In this document: one piece after another, positions 10,801 to 22,800 of the stretch
How positions within the stretch are numbered: the stretch's first letter is position 1
How the letters are laid out: the number at the start of each line of letters is the position of its first letter
Source of the DNA: Callorhinchus milii
Taxonomy: Eukaryota
Reading direction: 5' to 3'
NCBI RefSeq assembly: GCF_018977255.1
Contig: NW_024704756.1
Coordinates: 8,184,001 to 8,248,000 of the forward strand
Length of the DNA: 64,000 bases
The notes under the pieces: generated by a model
The model's input: only the letters and a program-made list of their open reading frames with translations
What the model was told of the DNA's origin: nothing
Database searches by the model: none
Position numbers and translations under genes: made by a program

Positions 10801-13800
10801 TGTCCCATTTAGCCACACAGGAAGTTGCCTTTGGATGAGTGCAAGCTGTTACTGTCTGTGGTTTATAAGGCATGTAAGGGCCCAGAGTGTTCTGGTCTAA
10901 TGGTAGCAAGTTAATGTTCAGCATAAAGAGAAGTATGTTCCAATAACATATGGAAACCCTTGCCAGCTTTACATACACATGTGGACTTTTGTTGAGGATG
11001 GAATTGGTTTCTCTCTAATTTCAACTCACCCCACCCCCCACAACCCTAACAACCCCACCCCCACCAACACACACACAACTCCTGGTGCCATCTGCTATCC
11101 ACAGTAAAATAACAACAGCAGCTTGTATTTATATAGCGCTCCTCACGCGAGGTAGAGTCCCAGAGCACTTGAAAAGCTTAAAAAGCTTGGCAAAAATGGC
11201 ATGCGAATAATGGTGGCTTGAGCAATGTACCGGAGAAAAGCCTATTCTGGTAGAAAAGGGTAAACGAAATAGAACACCTGAAAGGGAGGAGAGAAAATGA
11301 GGGTAGAAAAATAACATCGATGGTGTCCTCCTTTCCCTCAGGCTGGAATGTTGATGGATGGCTTGTTTGGCCAAGCCAAAAAAAAGCAAAAAATGTGGAA
11401 ACAAGGTGCAGTGTCCAATAGTTTTCACCACAAGTAATTGTTTTGAAAACTCCAGTTGTAACCTTTTTTGATAGCATGTGACAAGCTATAGATTTATTAC
11501 AAACCAGATTGCCAAACGTGTTTTGCTGGAGAAGGCAGGGCAGGTGGGTAAAGCCCTCTGGGATGTTACACTGCGTGAGGAGGGGGGGCTATATAAATGC
11601 AAGCTGCTGCTACTGTTGTTGTATTCTGGAAGGAGGAGATCAAATGGGAAGAACGTAACATCAGTTCTCACTTTTGAATTTTTTTTTACCAGTTCAAAAC
11701 TCGACAGCCAATACAAAATGTAAATCTGTTTTGGTTTGTTACCACCGTTTGGGTTTGTTTCCGAGAGGGCATTGATTGACTGGGGCTACTCCTCTTTAAT
11801 GAAGCCTAAAATGGCTCTGGTGTGAAAGCAGATTTCAGTCACAAGACACAAGCATTTGAAAAGGCACGTCATTGGGCTCATTTACAGGGCAATTTGAAGA
11901 AAGGGTAATGCAACATTGGGGAGGGAAGAAATACACAGCATAAAGACATGGCACGATAGCTGATGCTTAAGCATTCTTTGTCATATGATTTGCATATTAA
12001 CCGACATGGGAATGTTGCCAGTCATGATCATGGAAATCAACCTTATTTTGGTAAGTTCTGGCATTTCATTGGTTGTGATGTACAATCTGTTTTGTTGCAT
12101 TGCTTCTTAACTTTAGCAAAGATCAAGTGTTGTAACTTGTGTCCGTCCGGGTACATATTCACGTACACAAAAAAAACATTATCTCTTTGAATTGGATACC
12201 TGTCTTGTCTGCCTGTCCAAGTGGGCACTAATGATTCTACTGCACTGTTCAAAAAAAGAAGTGAGTGTCTCCTGGTGTCCTGGCCAACAATCCCCCAGAT
12301 AAAATTAGTCATTCACTTCATGGCTGCTTATGGAACATTGCTGTTTACAAATTGGCTGCTGTGTTCACCTGCAAAAATACTCACTACAGTTTATAGTAAA
12401 TCTTGTGAAGTGCTTTGCGATCTCCTCCTGATGCACAAGCTGCTATATCAAATGTAATTATTATGATTATTGATAATGTAAATATATGATTTAAGAGTCA
12501 CTCCTTCATTTTCCACAGCTGGGTCTCTGCTCTTGCAAATTTAAAGCACTAACAAACTTGTGCTCAGAAGGAATAAAATGACAAGTATATAGCCTTTTTC
12601 ATATTGGAAAACATCTCAGAACACTCTAAACCAGTGTAAACATGGGGCCGAACCTTGAGAGTGTTTCTAATTGGGTTTTCTCCCTATAACTTCACACTGG
12701 AGATATTGTTGCATTTACTGGCAAGTGGAAAATGCCATTCCTAAGAGTATTATAGCTACAACAACAATAACAACAAATTACCCTTGTTGTTGTATTTCAT
12801 AGCTACACAAACATAAGAATTTTTCAGATTTAATAGTTCATTAATTTAGCATTTTAGCTCATTCTGGCAAGGTGCAGTCACTGTGTGGAAACAAAATAGA
12901 TCTATGCTATAATTATCAATCAGGACATTAAAAACTTTGAAGTTGTCTGGGGCAACACCTAGTCTCTAGTTTCAGCAATGTTTGCATGACAGATACTTAA
13001 ACTACAAGACAGAGCCAAATGCTACTTCCTGCTGCTAACTCTATTGAACTGCATCAGGCCATATTATGTATTAATAGTCTAACCTCATCCAGATTGCAAC
13101 CCTGTCACGAAAGGTGTCACCTCTGTTGGCACAAGGGCCACTTTTGTACAGTGGAACTTGTCTTTAGTGATTTACTGCTTGTAGTGATTTTATCCCTTCT
13201 TGCTCAGCCCATAACTAGGACCACTGGTGAAAGACTAGAGGCAACGGGAGCATGAGTTGTGTCCTCATTTGAACATATCTTCACATGTGTACAAACATCA
13301 CATAATGTGAATAATGCCCACACTTGACCAAAAGTTCCTCTGAATATTTCCTACTCTAAATTCAATTGATTCAGCTCCTGAATCCTGAGGTCAAATCTTT
13401 GGTGCACAAAGCAACCTTAAACCATTAACACTGGAGTAGTTGATATATGTGGAATAGACTCTAAGAACTCCTGTAGATGTTGTATTGCTGTTACAAAAAG
13501 GCTTGGTTCTATATTTTGAGAGCACTCTAAACCCAAGACTATCAAATGCTCTTTGGAACACAAAGATATTTACTTCTGGTACCATTATCATTTTGTAAGG
13601 TTACCTTGGAGGTGGGGAGATAATTATGGAGGCGTATCATGCAAATTTAGACTTTTGTTTAATTGATTTGAATAAGTTCCAGCAAAATAGATGATATGAT
13701 TCTATTTTTAGTGATGTAATCTATGCTTCCATTTGTATAGCGCCTTTCACGTCGGGAGGACTTAAATCCCTGCGTGCAAGATATTTTGGATGGGAAGCTG

Positions 13801-16800
13801 CTTTCTATCTCTCTCTCTAGCATAAATGGTTGAACAACAATGTATTGCAGCATTACTTGCTCAGGTAGTGATGTGAGCTTCTCATCTGATATTTAAAAGC
13901 ATCCTAATAAAGTGGCGTTCAATAATGTAAGCTGTCCAGATAAGAAAACAATAGTACTAAATTATATGAGAATAGAAGGTGTGCTGAATTACTTTACTGG
14001 TACAACAGATATTCCTGTTAAATGCCATGTAACATCAAGCTATGTGAAATGTTAGTAATTGTAGTAATTTTCTTGTCGACCAGATCAAGAGTGGCATGGA
14101 TTACGAAAGTGGTAATTCATTGAAACTCGATCCTCGCTACTTCGGTGAGCTGTTGGCTGAAGTGAAGCGCAAGACCAGTGAAGTCCACAGCATCCTGTCA
14201 GACAATGTACAGAAAATTAAAGGAAAGTAAGTGCACACTTCATTATCATCCTCTCTGGTTCTGAAAATTGACCTGAAGGTGTTTCGTTTTTTGAAAATGA
14301 TAGTGGATTTTACTTAACAAACGAGTATGAACAGACCAACGTTGTGTTGAATTGCGTCAAGACATTTTATGTATTTATAGTCTTAACCACATCCAGAAAG
14401 TAGGAACCTGGTTTTTAGTTGATTGGCAGATCGCTTTTAGTTCCTTCAAAAAATAAAAATAATTTGGTCACTGCCTGTTTGTGGAACGCTGCTGTGTGCA
14501 ATTGGCTGCCGCATTTCACCCCAAAAATTCACTTTACAGTATATTCTGTGAAGTGCTTTGAGACATCTCGAAGACGTGATAAGACCCTATATCAAATGCA
14601 AGGATTATTATTATTATTAATGCAAGCCTATCATGAAAGGTGTCACCTCTGTTAGCACAAGGGCCACTTTTCTACAGTGGAATTTAGCTGATTTGTGACA
14701 CTATTTCACTACCAAATGGTATAAGCCGCAGCTCAGACAGAAACTATCTCAACTGCAGTGCACAATCTGTCCTCTTAACCTGATGCACAAGAAATTGAAA
14801 CGGGCACTTTTAAAATTCTTGAAACTAGTTCTTACAAAAGTGAGACGAGTAAAATTTTGCAAACTTGGGATTGAAAGAGTCTTGCTGCTCGCGCTGTATG
14901 ATGTTACTCAAATTAATTCAAGCTGTCAAATTCTGGGTGAAAACGATCATTTGAAAGTAAATACGGTGTAACGATCAATTATACTGAACTCACCTGTTCT
15001 TTCAACCAAGCTTCCATCCTAGATCCTAGTGACTGGTTTTCATTTGTCCAGCGATCATATGTTCATTCTTAATGCTGAACATGGATTTTCTGAAGTGCTT
15101 AAATTCTGTTAGTTTAGTAATCTGTCTGGAGAACAGTGCTCTCATATGCTATGAAGTCAGGAGATTCCTGCATACATTACAAACGTAAGCTCTGTTTGCT
15201 AACTGATGTGCAAAATAGCTGAGACAAGCTGAAATTGTATTTGTCCTAATTATGGTGGAAAATTTGGCAGGGAATTTAATGAGATGCTTTTGATGGGTTT
15301 GCAGAAGTTCTACAAATTAGTATCAAGTGGAGCATAAGTAATTGCAAACAATCTGCTGCTCTCTCTAAAATGGCTGATATTTCCATTATGAATGTGTACA
15401 TTTTGAATATGTAAATAACTTTCTGAAAATGTAAAACCTGTGTACACAAACAAGTATTTGCAGAACTACTGTCTTGTGATGCTGTGTTTCAATATGGTAC
15501 TTGACTTCTGCAACATATGCATAAATTTTACAAAATTTTACAAAGAATTTCCAGTATGGAAACAGGCCAATTGACCCAATTAGTCCGTGCCAGTGTTTAT
15601 ACTTCACACAAGTCTTCACCCATTCCGAAGTCCCTCCCATGACTTTCTTTTTCCCTCTCTCTCATGTGAAGGTCGAGCTTCCTCTTAAATACAACTGCAC
15701 TATCTGATTAATCTCACTACGCTCTGCTTGAAATAGTTTCTCCTAAATTCTCTTTTAGATCCCTTAGTCGCTATCCTGTATTTGTGACCGCTAGTTATGG
15801 AATCCCCAGTGTTCATGTTAACCTATCGAACCCTTTTATCATTTTAAATTTTAAATACTTTGTGTTTTGCATGAGAAAAATGACCTAAGAACCTTGTGCC
15901 ACAATCCGACCAGATCACACAGCTTCATTGTAAGAGCCCCATCATGTTCTCTAGGTTATCTTAATAAAGCTTAATCAGCTGGCAAGAATTTGGCATCCAC
16001 TGGTCACTACAGTTGTTTCTTGTCACCTTTTTAAATCCATTTTGTTCAATTATATTAGCGGTTATGGTTGGTATGCCATTAAGCTCGCTCATCATTGAAA
16101 GTGCTCTACATTTCAGTTATCAGGTATACGGAGCCTTGCTGCTAGGGGTAATCAGCTTCAGGTTTTAATTTCTGGATGGTTGTGTACATTCTGAACATGT
16201 AAATAACTTTCTGTACATATAAAACCTGCGTACACAAATGAGTATTTACAGAATAATAATAATAATTCTTGCATTTGATATAGAGCTTTTCACGTCGGGA
16301 GGACATCCCAAAGCGCTTCACAGAACACACTGTAAAGTGAATTGACTGTATATTTGTGGGCGAACGCAGCAGCCAATTGCGCACAGCAATGTCTCACAAA
16401 CAGTCGTAGATTAAAAATGACCAATTTATTATTGTTTTTGGTTTTGGAGGGATTATTATTAGGCGTATGGAGTAAGGAAACTTGCTCAAGGTTTCGCCCT
16501 GCCTGGAATTGAACTCAGGTCTCTCGCTTGCAAAGCGAGTGCTCTAACCACTGAGCTACAGGACTCCGCTGCTTCATTCAAATAATTCACTAAGAAGCTA
16601 CATTTTGTTTTCTGAGGAACTGGATTGTTTCTTTATCCCCAAGAGAGTGCAAGTCAGGTTTTACAAAGAAAATAGGAAAACTTCCTGTACTGCAGACATC
16701 TGAACAGCAATTCTAATTGCAGAAGAGTTATTGCTCCTGTTGATAGAAGCTTGGCAAAGCCATTGGTTAGTTAATGGTTGCTTTGCTTGGATTTATCCCA

Positions 16801-19800
16801 TTTACTGCAGGTAGCCAGGTTGGTAATTAAAAGATGACACTCAAGAGTTCGCTGCATATTTGCTTGTTCACTTATACTTTGCTGTAATGTCCTCCGCATT
16901 ATCAAGTAGCTTGGATTCATGCAGTAAAAAGATCTTTTGTGAGTATGGCAAGTCCCTTTAGAATCATACCTCGAGGCATGAAGAAAAGATATTTGGGAGT
17001 GGAAAAAAAACAATGCAGAAGAGAAGTAAATCACTGCAAAATAAATGATGCTTAAGCTGTGAGGGAAGGGGTATTAAACTATTTACTTACAAGAATGTCG
17101 GCTGACCCCCTTTATAACAAAAGCCTGGTGAAGGTGGGGCTGAATACAAAGAATAACACCATAAGGAGTTCAGTTGGTATGGTAGTCTGTGTAATCACTG
17201 CAGTTACTCAGTGCAGAGCATAAGGAAGGAAATCAATCATGATTGATCTGTAAACAATCTTGTGGTCATCATTACTGTGAAGCAAATCTAGAGAAGATTT
17301 CCGAGTGACGCAAGTCACTCAGATAGATCTGCATTGTTGAAAACATTGAGCTAAGAATACTCTTTACAGTTGTCACCACATTATAATCTGACTTGATATG
17401 CAGGCGCCAATCCATTCCTTAGGTATTTCACGTCTAGTCAAAACAGTTTGGCATGAGGTTGCCATTTTAATGCTCATATCATGATGTTATCAGCATAATA
17501 GCAGGGGCCAGCTGGAGCCTGCAAAGCACCAATGATTCTCTAACTCATGCTGGTTAATGTCACAATGTAGTTCACTTTATGACCATAAGTTGCACATTGT
17601 AAAATGTCTGCATCTGGTATCCAGTAAAATTCTGGCCATTATATTGGACTAGTTGGGTTTCTTGGTTGGTTTCATGGGGAAAATACTGAACAAGAGGCAA
17701 GTCATTTTCTTGTCTGGGACACTGCCAACCTTGGCATAATGGGGTAACAATATCTGGCAGTGGAATTTCACCTCATAGCTATTCGTTGCTTAAATCCTAT
17801 TCATCAAATTAATTAATATGTGAACAGATCTTCTTGTCTTATGGGTAGTTTCCCCATTTGATTAATACTTAATTTGTGCCTCCTTCTGTAAAGGGAGAGA
17901 AATCAGGCACCACTACTGATAGCAACTAAATTGTGATACTCTGTGCCACAATTTAGCAGCTCCAGCACTAAGGTAGATGTGTCGCTGTACACTGTGAGGG
18001 AAGTGGATTGTGGGGATTCTCCTGAGAGTGAATTTGATGAGCATCTGGATTTTTTTTTGTGTAGCTCAGTGATTAGAGCACTCGCTTTGCAAGCGAGAGA
18101 CCTGAGTTCAATTCCAGGCAGAGGGCGAAACCTTGGGCTGGTTTCCTTACTCCACACGCCTAATAATAATCCCTCCAAAACCAAAAACAATAATAAAATG
18201 GTCATTTTCAATCTACGACTGTTTGTGGGACATTGCTGTGCGCAATTGGCTGCCGCGTTCGCCCACAAATATACAGTCAATTCACTTTACAGTATATTCT
18301 GTGAAGCACTTTGGGACGTCCTCCCGACGTGAAAAGCGCTATATCAAATGCAAGGATTATTATTATTATTATTCTTTCTCATCTAATTGTAGTGCTAAAA
18401 TGGCACTGGGTCCTAATACCTAAATGTTCCAAATACGCAAATAGTCTGGCCAAATGCATCGTCCAATTTGTGGAAGGCAAGTTTGCAACACATTGTTGCT
18501 CTTTGTAAGCACCTGAACTTCGCCAGCATAATTATAGATAATTACCTGTTTGAACACTGTTTCATTATAGGGTGGCAACACACACTTCCAGTCCCAACTC
18601 CAAAACAACATCTTCACAGTCTTCGGTCAATTAGCTTAGGGCTAGTCTGTTTCTGCAGTCTAGCATTACAGCATCTTAATTCTTTTTATCCTACTTAGTT
18701 TTTAATCCAGTATCGAATCAAATACTATCTTTCATTGGGCGGGTGGGGTGATGAGAGGATAAAGCTTGGATTGTTCCACAGTGTGTTAAAACTTCACTTG
18801 CACAGTACCTCCCGCACCCCCCCCTCTCCCCCCACCACCACCACCGCCGAATATAGAACATGCACAGTACCACCAGGCTTGTGATGGAATTGTAAGGGCT
18901 TATACTTTTATATTTTAAATTCTGTCAAACAACAAGTCAAATGAACTTCGAATGGAATAAGGAATCAGACCCTAGCGCCATACTACAGTAAAGGATTGTG
19001 CCAGTGCACAGATTAATGTTAATACTGGCAGAACAAAGAAGCCTTGGTCAAAACTGTACCCACGCAGAAAAAACATGAGGTGAATTTAAATCTTTTCCTC
19101 CACTCCCACTCCCATCCCCAAGCCCAGTTGTTGTCTTCCTCCCCATCTGCCTTCCAGGTGGATGTACACTTTTTCTACAATAAAATAGATGTTTATGCAG
19201 ACAGCATCTGTCAGCTGGTTCTGTGCTGACTGCATGTCGACTCGTGGTCAAGAACAAAGATTCCAGGAATGACTCACATATCTAAAGAAAAATAAACTTC
19301 CACATGCTGGTTTGTGTCTGAGTTTCTTTTTCAAGCAGTAGGTGTAGGTTTTTGGGGTAAATGAATGTTGTCCATTAAGGTGAAAATTAAACACATTCTT
19401 TGTGAGAGAAATTCCTTGTGGGAGTCTGGATTCAGTGTGATGTGGCGCTTGCAGGTATAATATATACAAAGTAGAAAACCAGCAAGTCATAACTTCCAGC
19501 CTTTGTAATTATATGAGCATATCTTAATAATAAACAGTGATTTTAAATGATTGAAGTTTTTCCTCTTATCTTTTCATCCGGTTTGCCATTTAAAAGTATT
19601 ATACTTCTGAAAGAGGAGATCTTTAATTTGCCATTTTTTTCAACAGGAGATACTACTTGGAGTTGAACAAGGAATACAATGTAAGTGGCTGTGATTTTCA
19701 TTTGATAACTGAATAAACACTTGTGTACTTACAATTACTTCACTGATACAGATTTTTTTGCTACAATGCAAGATACTTAATACTTTAATACCAATATTAA

Positions 19801-22800
19801 AAACAATGCAAATAGCTAAATCACTGCACAGTTCTGCTATGAATATCCATGATTCCTAACACTGCTTTATATATTGGGACATAAAATCCAGTTATAATTT
19901 TTTACATTAAAACAAGCCATTTGTTTGGACCTACCACCTTCATGTTCCCAAGGCTGAGTACTGATGATTGATGGTTAGCCTTCCAGAGTCCTCCATGCCA
20001 ACTGCTCAATAAAAAGAGAGCAAATTGCAAAATTGGCAGAGTGTACACAAAATGTGTTCTTGCCGGCTCATAAATTGGACTCATCCAGGGGTGATTTTCA
20101 CAGCCCATAGGTGGGGGAAACATAACAGCTGCCATTCTCAGTCACTAATACACACGCTGCAATCAGAGCTTTGCCCCCTGCCTATCTTGGCTGCTGGACA
20201 ACACTGGCTCATGACATCTGGCATTCAAAAACAAAGTGAAAAGTTTGCTGTATTTCTTCTCTGATTTCTAAACCAGATTTCTTCAGATAAGCTGTTGCTT
20301 CAAGCTACTGGTATGCAGATTGATCTTGTTTGTCAGCTGGCCTATGTTCCATCTGGTGGCCTGGATTGATCTGTACATACCTGCTGGGAGTTGTAGAGGA
20401 CTCATTCCTTCACCACTCCTCTGGCAGAAGAAATATGATTGTAGAATGAGAGTCACAGTTAACGAGTCAACATTGAAAGGCAATTCTTTGGTATTCCTGA
20501 AATCCTTTTGACCCACAAACTCCACTCAAGGATTAGATTAGTTGAAGTGCAGTTCTTATGGGTCAACATGATATATTTCTGTTTCTCAGAAGGAGTCTCC
20601 ATTTGTGTGTAATATTTTGCAGGATTCCAATGAAGACATTGAGTCGCTGATACCAAAAGGAGTATCTGAACTGACCAAACAACAGATACGCTACCTCTTA
20701 CAGGTAAATTACAGGTTTTGCCACAATAATACAGTTTACAGTATATTCTGTGAAGCGCTTTGAGATGTATCAAATTTGTATAGCTGAGGAGCTATACCAA
20801 ATGCAAGGATCATTATAAATAATTATAAATAAGTAACAGGTATCAATCACCAATAGAAATACTGTAACAGGTGACAATAGGGCCATTTGTTTGGGAGGAT
20901 TGCATCAAAAGGCCATTTATCACCGTAGCAACCATTTTATTGATGTGTTCAGTCCATTTCAGGCTTACCTTTGCACTGTGTATTTGGCAACGAGTCAAGA
21001 ATAGTTTATTGTTTATCAGCATTGCTAGGTGGCATTACAGGAACATCATTTATTGATTAAGCTAAAAGAGCTTTCAGTAATATCACGACATGCTTACGTG
21101 TCATGCTAGCTACAAGCTTTGGTAACACAATCTGATGTGTATTATAAGAGTAAAACTGAAACATCTCACAGTTACTCGAATTGAATAGAGGAGTCATTAA
21201 ATCCAGTAAGAATAGCTTGTTTGTATTTTGTTCTAATTTTTAGATGCAGATTCCGGTTCAGGTTGAGCCTTATTTATGAGCTAAGAGGTTTTCTTTTTTT
21301 TTGTCAACCAGTGAATGCAGTGGAAAAAAAATTCTTGGCCTTGCTGTAAGATGCACCTCCTTGTGCAAATGTAGCTCCAGTTTTACAATTTAGTCATTGT
21401 TAAGGTTTATCAGTTGACCGGCCAGAAAAATAATTGCAGTTATCTTGTAGCAAGTGATTCTAGGAAAACAATTTGTAGAATGAATGACTCACCTTTACAC
21501 AAAGTTCACTAACTGTATCTTCAGTCTCCTGTGAAGTGGAGTGATTACCAACTTATTCCTTTTGATATTAAAGGGATAAAAACTGCCACTTCTGACCCAT
21601 TATTGGTCACTGAGAGGTTAGTTGTCAGAAGTCCACAGTTCCGATGTTTTCAGTTCAGTGATTTGCCTTCAAGGACTCTATACCTTGCTTAGAAACTATT
21701 ATAGCTGGCTGACTTGACGTTCTTGTACACATGCTCTCTTTAGATGAGAATCACTGTGGACAGATCTCTCCGTTTGCTCCTGTCCACATTTCGGAGCCTG
21801 CGTGAGGACCTCCTGCATCTACAAGATGATCTAAATGTACGTCTGAGAAGTTTAACTGTCTGAAATGCAAATAATGTTCCTGAATTGTTACGATTTACAT
21901 AAACTCACATAATATCAAGGAGGCATTATTTAGTCTTAGGTAGCCAGTATAGCCTGAATTTAAATCTACACCACTTTTCTGGTTGCGTGTCTCTGCTAAG
22001 CAATGGTCTTGAGCATGGAATAAAACAACAACAACTTGCATTTATACAGTGTCCCTCATATTCTCCCAGAGTCCCAAAACAGCCGTAAAAAAATCATTGG
22101 AGCATTCTTCTAAAATCATTCGGCAATTGAACTGAGTGTTCCAGGAAGTATATAAATCTCTGATGACTCTCAAAGTTCATTTGAGCTACAGGAGTCCTGT
22201 AGCTCAGTGGTTAGAGCACTCGCTTTGCAAGCGAGAGACCTGAGTTCAATTCCAGGCAGGGCGAAACCTCGGGCAAGTTTCCTTACTCCACACGCCTAAT
22301 AATAATCCCTCCAAAACCAAAAACAATAATAAATTGGTCATTTTGAATCTACGACTGTTTGTGGGACATTGCTGTGCTCAATTGGCTGCCGCGTTCGCCC
22401 ACAAATATACAGTCAATTCACTTTACAGTGTGTTCTGTGAAGCGCTTTGGGACGTCCTCCCGACGTGAAAAGCGCTATATCAAATGCAAGGATTATTATT
22501 ATTATTTATTATTCTATTATTTCAAACATACAATCACTTTTGCATTTGGTTAAGATTTGTTTTCCCTCCCCTTGTTTTCTACCCCAAAGGACTGACACAT
22601 GTTAGATTTGCTGGGGTTTGCAAACTATCTGATACCATACTTAATGAACCATTCCTCATGTTCAAGTCAGGACAATAAATGGCAAGCTATGAAGCTGGGA
22701 GCCAGTATTAAAGATCAGTTTATTTCTGTTTTCCCAGGAATATGCAATTTCCGGCAAAGCATTAAATATTGATTAGGAATTAGATCCTTGTTGAGTTTTT

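Noticed and set aside
17303-17320. GAGTGAC-GCAA-GTCACTC hairpin with a GNRA loop
   Set aside because: A single 7-bp stem is expected by chance in 64 kb and has no supporting context
22194-22262. tRNA-Ala(TGC)-like cloverleaf as a real tRNA gene
   Set aside because: It is the head of a multicopy SINE that continues into a Deu core and L2 tail, with an imperfect T-stem and no Pol III terminator after it
22359-22553. Recurrent small ORFs of the type [21 protein letters not shown]...CKDYYYY as a peptide family
   Set aside because: They are translations of SINE copies
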